Virus record (IMG/VR): IMGVR_UViG_3300047539_000055
Source of the DNA: a virus
Lineage: Duplodnaviria > Caudoviricetes
Reading direction: 5' to 3' (one strand)
DNA: 64,000 nt
Shown here piece by piece: positions 57,719 to 64,000 of the stretch (its first letter is position 1; each line of letters begins with the position of its first letter). A model generated the notes under the pieces. The model searched no databases. It was not told the origin of the DNA and saw nothing but the letters and a program-made list of their open reading frames with translations. A program made the position numbers and the translations under genes.

Positions 57719-57936
57719 AAACCAAATGGATTCCAAAAATCGGTGATTATGTTTGGTTTAATTTTAAAGCCACTCCAAAATATTGGCTTGGATGGGTCGG
57801 AGATATTTATTATGGAAACAATGTAAAATTTGTATATCATTGGGAAGGTCATATACAAGATAAGCAAGCACCTCTGTTGTATCTATCACCAGCCACAAAA
57901 GAGGAAGTTGTATTGTGGATGTTGGAGAACGTATGA
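57715..57936 (+). CDS. Small protein (WIPKIGDYV), ends EEVVLWMLENV
   Basis: Coupled, GGAG SD. Confidence 0.7.
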   Translation: MKTKWIPKIGDYVWFNFKATPKYWLGWVGDIYYGNNVKFVYHWEGHIQDKQAPLLYLSPATKEEVVLWMLENV

Positions 57937-58301
57937 AAACCAAATGGATTCCAAAAGTTGGCGATTATGTTTTCTATAATTTTCCTGGGGATACGCCACA
58001 TATTGGAGGAAGCGTTCCTTTGGAAGTTGGAGCATTGATGAGAGACAAAAACGGAGTGGAAATTACCGAAGGTTCTTTAGTATTGTTTGAAACATTTATG
58101 GATAATGATGAACGCTGGATTTCAAAAATAATCTGTTTTGATAAGGGAAAGTATTATTCCAAAGAAGGTTATCCTGAAGATTATGATGTAGTAGTAATGT
58201 GGGAGAATTGGCGAAGACTGCCATCCAACGTGGAAGTTGTTACCGAAGATAAAGCGTTGTTACTGGCGTTTGAAGACAGCCGAGTGAGGTTGAAATTTTG
58301 A
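57933..58301 (+). CDS. Fusion of truncated WIPKVGDYV copy with a DKNG-family gene (internal start 58038)
   Basis: 5' end duplicates previous gene; internal GGAG+ATG. Confidence 0.6.
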   Translation: MKTKWIPKVGDYVFYNFPGDTPHIGGSVPLEVGALMRDKNGVEITEGSLVLFETFMDNDERWISKIICFDKGKYYSKEGYPEDYDVVVMWENWRRLPSNVEVVTEDKALLLAFEDSRVRLKF

Positions 58302-58321
58302 AGAAAAATGACGCTACAGTA

Positions 58322-58595
58322 ATGATTGATAAAAATGGCAGACGAGTCTATAAAAATAGTTTGGCTAAATATCACGCCGCTATATATGATGAAAATGGTG
58401 CGCTTAATATTCCTCAAATTTGGATTTCTCATATTCCAAAATATATCATATGATCGTGGTAAGGGTTCGGAGATTACTTTGCGTATGTATGATGATTGGA
58501 TGAAAAATCCATATGAAATTGAAGTAATTGACGACACTCCAGAAAGTATAATGTTGGCAATATTTGAAGGCGCGATTTTGAAAGGATATAAATGA
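58322..58595 (+). pseudogene. Frameshifted DKNG-family gene
   Basis: MIDKNGRRVYKNS...HI stops at 58453; +1 frame continues QNISY...KNPYEIEVI. Confidence 0.65.
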
Positions 58596-58852
58596 AAGTT
58601 AAATATCACAAAATTCATAAAATGAAGATGCAGGATAAAAATGGCAAACGGATTTATGAAAAAAGTTTTGTCAAGTATGCGACAGGCTGGGGTGCGATAG
58701 GCTCAAGTTTTAACGCAGCGCAAATATCTCGTATTGAAGAAACTACATTTCAAATTAAATTTTCTTTCAATGGTGGTAGATGGAATAAAAATCCTTATGA
58801 GGTTGAAGTAATTACAAAAGGAGAAGCGGTTTTATTAATGTTTGAAAGGTGA
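58592..58852 (+). CDS. DKNG-family small protein
   Basis: DKNGKRIYE...KNPYEVEVITKGEAVLLMFER. Confidence 0.7.
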   Translation: MKVKYHKIHKMKMQDKNGKRIYEKSFVKYATGWGAIGSSFNAAQISRIEETTFQIKFSFNGGRWNKNPYEVEVITKGEAVLLMFER

Positions 58853-58856
58853 TGTC

Positions 58857-59171
58857 ATGGAAGAATGGACTTTAAAAGACAATTTTACACGAATGATTGA
58901 CAAAAATGGAAAGACGATCCATGAAGATAGTTTGATGAAATATCTTGCGTATCCTTTGCCTCTAAACGAGACAGGCAACATGCCACAAACTTTTTGTATT
59001 GCCAGAGCGTCAGATATTCTACACTATCACACATCAATTGTGTTTGTTTTTGATAATATGTGGCACAAGAATCCATGTGAGGTTGAAGTTGTAACAGAAG
59101 ACGAAGCAATATTGGAAGCGTTCAAGGGCAACGTAAGGTTAAAATTTGAAAGGAAAACAAAATGTATATAG
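58857..59171 (+). CDS. DKNG-family small protein
   Basis: DKNGKTIHE...KNPCEVEVVTEDEAILEAFK. Confidence 0.7.
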   Translation: MEEWTLKDNFTRMIDKNGKTIHEDSLMKYLAYPLPLNETGNMPQTFCIARASDILHYHTSIVFVFDNMWHKNPCEVEVVTEDEAILEAFKGNVRLKFERKTKCI

Positions 59172-59195
59172 TTGAAAACAAACGACTTGTTTTAT

Positions 59196-59224
59196 TTGAC
59201 TTTTTGGTTTGAATTTGGTATACT
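59196..59224 (+). promoter_or_regulatory. Early promoter
   Basis: TTGACT-17-TATACT. Confidence 0.8.
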
Positions 59225-59252
59225 ATACTTGTACTCAAGAAAGGGAAACCCT

Positions 59253-59708
59253 ATGACAGATGATAGAATTTATGTAATCGTTCCAGAAACAGTTCAGGTA
59301 ACCATTCCTGGCAAGTGGGATTTTCCAAATGGAGTCAATGCACCTGCCGAGCAGTTGCCTGACACCGTGGAATCATATTCACTGGTGCCTGGTAGACTTA
59401 TTGCGCAAGGCGTTCATATTGGTCGCAAGATCGGTGCTTGGTTGGCTCAGCGTGAGATTCCTTATGAAGATGTTACTACCATTGTGTTGAGTGTTCGCAA
59501 CACAAAGGAACTGCGTAAGGTTTCCACTGAAATGTCAGTTGCGCTTTCGCTCCATGCACTCAATGTTGGTTATCAGGAATTTCACGATACCAATCTTGAG
59601 TTCTATGGAACTGATGCGACTGTACATACTATTACCGCTGTCGGCCCACTGTCTCCAGAAGTTCGGGAGAAGCTTGAAGATTCCATGGGTCATTTGGAGT
59701 TATACTAA
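59253..59708 (+). CDS. Pth2-like peptidyl-tRNA hydrolase
   Basis: PGRLIAQGVH, TIVLSV....EL, FHD, T.TAVGP, GHL.LY. Confidence 0.7.
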   Translation: MTDDRIYVIVPETVQVTIPGKWDFPNGVNAPAEQLPDTVESYSLVPGRLIAQGVHIGRKIGAWLAQREIPYEDVTTIVLSVRNTKELRKVSTEMSVALSLHALNVGYQEFHDTNLEFYGTDATVHTITAVGPLSPEVREKLEDSMGHLELY

Positions 59709-59980
59709 TGACCAGTACAAAAGATGAGCGAGTAGCGAAGGCAAAGGTATTTTTGCATACTTTGGTTGGTGACCAGTTGAGTTATCGAGCAGTGTATTAT
59801 AGAAGACCGTCAACTTTGCCAAAAAATTATAATTATCTTATGTCTGAATGGAATATCATAAACGATGTAATAATACGGATTCATGAAAAGAAAGATGTTT
59901 CCATTCAACTTTTATTTGCAATGGAAGAAATGGAAAATAAATATCGCGATCCGTTGATGCTTGCAAAGTTGATGAACTAA
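59708..59980 (+). CDS. Hypothetical protein ending LMLAKLMN
   Basis: TAATG coupling. Confidence 0.55.
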   Translation: MTSTKDERVAKAKVFLHTLVGDQLSYRAVYYRRPSTLPKNYNYLMSEWNIINDVIIRIHEKKDVSIQLLFAMEEMENKYRDPLMLAKLMN

Positions 59981-60056
59981 ATATGCATTAAAATTTCCTT
60001 GTTATTTTTGTAAAGATGCGTTACACTATAAATAGACCATATCTATAGGAGCATCT

Positions 60057-60611
60057 ATGAATAAAGCATTTCTTATTTTACTTTTGATATTTGGGTTTGG
60101 TAGTGTCAAATTATTCGCACAAATTGATAAGCCAACAACAGCAGTAAAATCAACAATACCAGTTACAGCGAAATCAGCAAATCCAACACTCCAATCAAAA
60201 GTACCACAATTGCCAGCGGGAAAACACCTTACACCAAAAGTTATTCAATTTGGCGGATCAACAATTCCGGGAGACTCGGCGGTTCTTGCAAATTTGACAC
60301 AGAGAAATTTATTGGATACAACATACAATAGCGATGTGAAAAATTTGAATGATGCTTGTCAAGCGACATTTGGTAAACTTCAACAAGATTTTCTGCCCAA
60401 GGATTTAAATTATCAAAACGCTATTCAAAAATCGTTTGAACAACTAAAGAAAGAAAATGGTTGGGGCGAAGATGTGATTATGGTTAGCGGTGCAGATAAT
60501 GTAATTACCTATATCAAATTATCACCTGAAGCCTTCAAAGCAATGCAGGATGCTGGCAAAAAAGGACCGGAAAAAGTCAAACCAGAAGTTAAGCCAGCAC
60601 TCCAGCCATGA
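60057..60611 (+). CDS. Secreted hypothetical protein
   Basis: TATAAATA plus AGGAG; signal peptide. Confidence 0.65.
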   Translation: MNKAFLILLLIFGFGSVKLFAQIDKPTTAVKSTIPVTAKSANPTLQSKVPQLPAGKHLTPKVIQFGGSTIPGDSAVLANLTQRNLLDTTYNSDVKNLNDACQATFGKLQQDFLPKDLNYQNAIQKSFEQLKKENGWGEDVIMVSGADNVITYIKLSPEAFKAMQDAGKKGPEKVKPEVKPALQP

Positions 60612-60814
60612 ATATTCCAGCAGATTTACAAGTAATGTACGATCATTACCTTGATTTGACAGCCAAAAACGGTGAACGAGCGCCAGTGTCTCAAGAGATA
60701 GCCGATCTTATTTTGACGTTGATTGAAAGAATCGCTGAATTGGAAACAGATAGTAAAAACCTAAATTCGTATATTCATTTTGAATGTAGGAGAAACCAAG
60801 CGAAGGAGAATTAA
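60608..60814 (+). CDS. Hypothetical protein
   Basis: ATGA coupling. Confidence 0.5.
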   Translation: MNIPADLQVMYDHYLDLTAKNGERAPVSQEIADLILTLIERIAELETDSKNLNSYIHFECRRNQAKEN

Positions 60815-60815
60815 A

Positions 60816-61475
60816 ATGGCATATCTTTTGCCCGATCTTCCATATGCATATAATGCATTGGAACCGCATATTGATGAAGAAACAATGAGATTGCATCATG
60901 ATAAACATCATCAAAATTATGTGGATAAATTGAATGAGGCACTCAAGGATTATCCAAAGTATCAAAAGTATCCAGTTGAAGTCTTGGTTACAAATTGGAA
61001 AAAATTACCGAAGGCAATTCAAGAGGCAGTTCGTAACCAGGGCGGCGGTCATGCAAATCATACTATGTTCTGGACAATTATGAAGAGTGGCGGCGGTAAT
61101 CCAACAGGAGAATTAGCAATACAAATCAATAAAGATTTTGGATCGTTTGACAAATTCCAGAAAAAATTCAATGAAGCAGGAACAAAGTTTTTTGGCTCTG
61201 GTTGGGTTTGGCTTGTGTTTGTCGGAAACAAATTGAGAATTGTTACACTGTCAAATCAGGATAGTCCGTTGACAAATGGTGATTTTCCAATTATGGGAAA
61301 TGATCTTTTTGAACATGCGTATTATTTGAAGTATCATAACAAGCGCGACGAGTATTTGGATGCGTGGTGGAATGTTTTGAATTGGGAGGCTGTAGGGCGT
61401 AGGTATCAGCAAGCAAAGGTAATTGCGGTCAAAAAGCCGATCAAAAATGTCGTTCAAAAACAATTTGGAATTTAG
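60816..61475 (+). CDS. sodA: Mn/Fe superoxide dismutase
   Basis: LPDLPY.YNALEPHID, HH.KHH..Y, GGH.NH..FW, FGSGW.WL, D.FEHAYY. Confidence 0.93.
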   Translation: MAYLLPDLPYAYNALEPHIDEETMRLHHDKHHQNYVDKLNEALKDYPKYQKYPVEVLVTNWKKLPKAIQEAVRNQGGGHANHTMFWTIMKSGGGNPTGELAIQINKDFGSFDKFQKKFNEAGTKFFGSGWVWLVFVGNKLRIVTLSNQDSPLTNGDFPIMGNDLFEHAYYLKYHNKRDEYLDAWWNVLNWEAVGRRYQQAKVIAVKKPIKNVVQKQFGI

Positions 61476-61596
61476 TGCTTGACAAAATTATAGTTTTGGT
61501 GTATGATAAAGAAGATGCTACAACTGGCTCAAAAACGATGTTTAGCGATGATACTTTTGATTTGTATCAAAAATATTTGAAATATGTGAATGGATA

Positions 61597-61926
61597 ATGT
61601 TTCTTTGGTTAGACGATATACGAAATCCCGCAGAACATGGCGCAATCGGGGCAGTATGGGCAAAAACCTATGAAGAGGCTATTTGTTTATTGGAAACAGA
61701 ACAGTTTACGGTAGTTTCTTTAGATCACGATCTTACAATGGCGCAAACCTTGGGTGATGGTGATAAAGAAAAAACTGGTTATGACGTGGTAACATGGATG
61801 GAAGAACACAATATTTGGCCCGAACGAGTTTTTGTTCATAGCGCAAATCCATCTGGAAGATATAGAATGTTTTTGGTTATTCAGAAGCATTATGGGAAAT
61901 TGTTTCAGCCACCATTTTATGTTTAA
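61597..61926 (+). CDS. Cyclic-phosphate-processing receiver-domain protein
   Basis: LWLDD.R, SLDHDL, TGYDV..W, VHSANP.G. Confidence 0.75.
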   Translation: MFLWLDDIRNPAEHGAIGAVWAKTYEEAICLLETEQFTVVSLDHDLTMAQTLGDGDKEKTGYDVVTWMEEHNIWPERVFVHSANPSGRYRMFLVIQKHYGKLFQPPFYV

Positions 61927-61962
61927 CTTGACAAATGAGAGGAAGACAGGTATAATTATCTT

Positions 61963-62108
61963 AGTAAATGTCCCAATTCATTTTTAATTGGGTGGAGATG
62001 GGGGTGTATCAATTCACACAATAATTGATTGGTGGAGAGGCTAGTGAGGAAACTCGTTATGTCCCCGTAAGATGGCTCTCAAAATTACTATTTGGGGGCC
62101 ATCTTTAT
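61963..62108 (+). ncRNA. Candidate structured RNA or attenuator
   Basis: TTGACA-17-TATAAT at 61928-61956; several hairpins incl. GAAA tetraloop; 15-bp closing hairpin 62069-62105. Confidence 0.4.
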
Positions 62109-62118
62109 AAAAGGATTT

Positions 62119-62679
62119 ATGAAAATTGGAACTAAAAGTGTTTTAATTGGCGCACATTGTTTTTTCTTGCACCCGTTTTTCGTTGCAAGGGCGTGGACTC
62201 ACTTGTATGGTTATCCACTTGATCCAAGACTTTGGGCGTGTTTTTTCTTGCATGATTTTGGATACTGGGGTCAGCCGAATATGGACGGACCTGAAGGCGA
62301 GACACATCCAGAATTTGGTGCAAATATCATAAGATTTTTCTTTGGTGATAAATGGGGTGATTTTTGTATGCTTCATTCACGATATTTTGCAAAAAAGATG
62401 GATCGTCAACCATCAAAGTTATGTTTTGCAGACAAATTAAGTTTTGTTTATACTCCGAGATGGCTTTATTTACCAATGGTAACTTTTACCGGCGAAATTA
62501 ACGAGTATTTGCAGAATGGTCAGAAAAATGACAGTCCACATTGGACTCCAACAAATTTTGACAAGAAGAAATGGCATTCTCAGTTAAAGGCATATTTTAT
62601 TGCGTGGGTTGCCGAACATCAGAATGGAACTGAAGATACTTGGACTAAGAAAAGGCATATCAACATTTGCGCTAAATAG
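62119..62679 (+). CDS. Conserved phage hypothetical protein (HD-like)
   Basis: GTKS.L.GAH...HP, LHD.GYWG, ADKL; AAGGA SD. Confidence 0.7.
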   Translation: MKIGTKSVLIGAHCFFLHPFFVARAWTHLYGYPLDPRLWACFFLHDFGYWGQPNMDGPEGETHPEFGANIIRFFFGDKWGDFCMLHSRYFAKKMDRQPSKLCFADKLSFVYTPRWLYLPMVTFTGEINEYLQNGQKNDSPHWTPTNFDKKKWHSQLKAYFIAWVAEHQNGTEDTWTKKRHINICAK

Positions 62680-62687
62680 ATTTACGT

Positions 62688-62773
62688 TGGGATGTAGGAA
62701 AACTGGAAACCCCATCTGACTCTGAATCAGACGCCGTTAGGCACTGAAGGTTCAACTCCTTCCATCCCAGCCA
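62688..62773 (+). tRNA. tRNA-Gln(CTG), long variable arm
   Basis: TGGGATG/CATCCCA acceptor, G73, CCA; TCTGA-CTCTGAA-TCAGA; GAAGG-TTCAACT-CCTTC. Confidence 0.9.
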
Positions 62774-62941
62774 AAAATTTTGAGGTAATTATGTCTGATA
62801 AGAAAAAATTAGTTCCTGAGCAATGTCCAAATTGTGGGGCAACTGACAAAAAAGACAAGAAAAATGGGTGCTGTTATTTTTGGCACGATCTTGTAGATAG
62901 TCTCGGTAATGCCATTGGAGAAGCAAAGTTTGGTGAGTAAC

Positions 62942-63100
62942 ATGAAACCAAGCGAAGAATTAATTACGCTCATGGCAGATTTGGAAATATATCTGAACGA
63001 TTTAGATTTGCAAATCGCAGATGTTCAAGAAAAAAGATTAGCCGCTGTAAAAAGTTTAGAAACATTGAAAAATTTAATGCTTGAAGACACAGAAATTTAG
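62942..63100 (+). CDS. Small coiled-coil hypothetical protein
   Basis: ORF between tRNAs. Confidence 0.4.
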   Translation: MKPSEELITLMADLEIYLNDLDLQIADVQEKRLAAVKSLETLKNLMLEDTEI

Positions 63101-63145
63101 TGAGTAAATATGATTCAAATTAGATGGCGTGGTTGGTGAGATTAA

Positions 63146-63220
63146 GCCGTATTCGTATAGTGGCTATTACTCATTCTCGGTAAGAATGAAACGTGGGTTC
63201 AATTCCCTCATGCGGCTCCA
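63146..63220 (+). tRNA. tRNA-Thr(GGT)
   Basis: GCCGTAT/ATGCGGC acceptor, CCA; CATTC-TCGGTAA-GAATG. Confidence 0.85.
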
Positions 63221-63413
63221 TTTTGGAAATTAGATAAATATGAATAAGTTAAAAGAAGAATTTGAAATAGTAACTCGTGAATATGACGCATTACAAGACT
63301 GGCAAAAGAAACTCATAGTAATGGCTGAGTTGAGAAAGCAACAAGTGATCCGTCAAAAATTTGAACGCAATCATTTACGCGATACCAATAATGATTGGAC
63401 TTAGATTTTAAAT

Positions 63414-63496
63414 GCTACGGTGGCACAGCGGCGACTGCACCTGTTTTGTAAGCAGGAATATAAACACCGGGGGTTCGATTCCCTTCCGTAGCTCCA
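63414..63496 (+). tRNA. tRNA-Thr(TGT)
   Basis: GCTACGG/CCGTAGC, CCA; CCTGT-TTTGTAA-GCAGG; extended variable loop. Confidence 0.88.
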
Positions 63497-63502
63497 AATT
63501 TT

Positions 63503-63585
63503 GCTACAGTGGTCCAGCGGCGACGACAGCAGTTCCGTAAACTGCCATACAAACATCGGGGGTTCGATTCCCTTCTGTAGCTCCA
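63503..63585 (+). tRNA. tRNA-Thr(CGT)
   Basis: GCTACAG/CTGTAGC, CCA; GCAGT-TCCGTAA-ACTGC; paralog of previous tRNA. Confidence 0.85.
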
Positions 63586-63599
63586 TAATTCAGAAATTT

Positions 63600-63624
63600 G
63601 GTTCAGCGAAAGCTGAGCCTTTTC
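63600..63624 (+). terminator. Intrinsic terminator after tRNAs
   Basis: GGTTCAGC-GAAA-GCTGAGCC-TTTT. Confidence 0.8.
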
Positions 63625-63661
63625 TATTGACAAATGATTAATTTGGTGGTATAATAGTTTT

Positions 63662-64000
63662 ATGAATGAACCAATTTTAGGATTCTTTGGCAAGTACCGA
63701 TTTTTGAGCAATTTTCACGAGCAACAAGGCGTGACAATTTGGATTGATGGATTGGAACTGGAAAATCGTGTCCCTTGCAAAAGTGTCGAAGTGGCTTATC
63801 AAGCATCAAAAACTTTGGTATTGGGTGAGCGTTTCATCGTTGCCGAAACACCTGGAATTGCAAAAAAGCTTGGATATGAAGTTACATTGCGTTATGATTG
63901 GCAAAATGTTAAAAATGACATAATGTTGGAATTGTTGACACAGAAATTTGCTCAACCATATTATCGTGATTTGTTGTTGGCTACTGGCGATGCGTATTTA
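63662..64000 (+). CDS. NADAR (YbiA-like) family protein, 3'-truncated
   Basis: F.GKYRFLSNF, SVE.AYQA.K, AKKLG, R.DW..VK..IM...L..KF, LLATGDA; absent from ORF track because incomplete. Confidence 0.88.
   Translation, partial: MNEPILGFFGKYRFLSNFHEQQGVTIWIDGLELENRVPCKSVEVAYQASKTLVLGERFIVAETPGIAKKLGYEVTLRYDWQNVKNDIMLELLTQKFAQPYYRDLLLATGDAYL

Noticed and set aside
63401-63711. Minus-strand ORFs 63401-63586 and 63415-63711
   Set aside because: Antisense to two tRNA-Thr genes and a terminator
1-64000. Bacterial chromosome or prophage origin suggested by def, sodA, rfbB and ligA
   Set aside because: Host-like genes are isolated among phage structural and replication genes with T4-type late promoters; no integrase, repressor or bacterial operon context

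Overview
This window is a 64-kb, AT-rich, gene-dense segment of a large lytic dsDNA phage, probably a T4-superfamily jumbo myovirus. The evidence is T4-type late promoters (TAAATA), sigma70-type early promoters, a clamp loader, GroES, PhoH, dUTPase, NAD-dependent ligase, class II RNR, virion proteins, several homing endonucleases and four tRNAs. Host-derived genes include def, sodA, rmlB, GT4 and GT2/92 glycosyltransferases, a Pth2-like hydrolase and a small RelA/SpoT-type HD hydrolase; some resemble Acidobacteriota proteins, from recall only. Most notable: (1) a 19-copy array of ~60-aa paralogs with a fixed TDDEKxMYLMxxGW...LxxA(Y/F) frame and a hypervariable centre; (2) unrelated small proteins sharing a C-terminal K(L/F)E(S/Q) tag; (3) a covarying structured leader in front of two unrelated HNH nucleases; (4) a C5 methyltransferase apparently split across two overlapping reading frames; (5) an ART/papain-like/ART protein punctuated by prohead-protease-type sites; (6) a HaeIII-like R-M + SRA reader + second MTase island; (7) many apparently leaderless genes. 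All family assignments come from motif recognition by eye; no searches were run.
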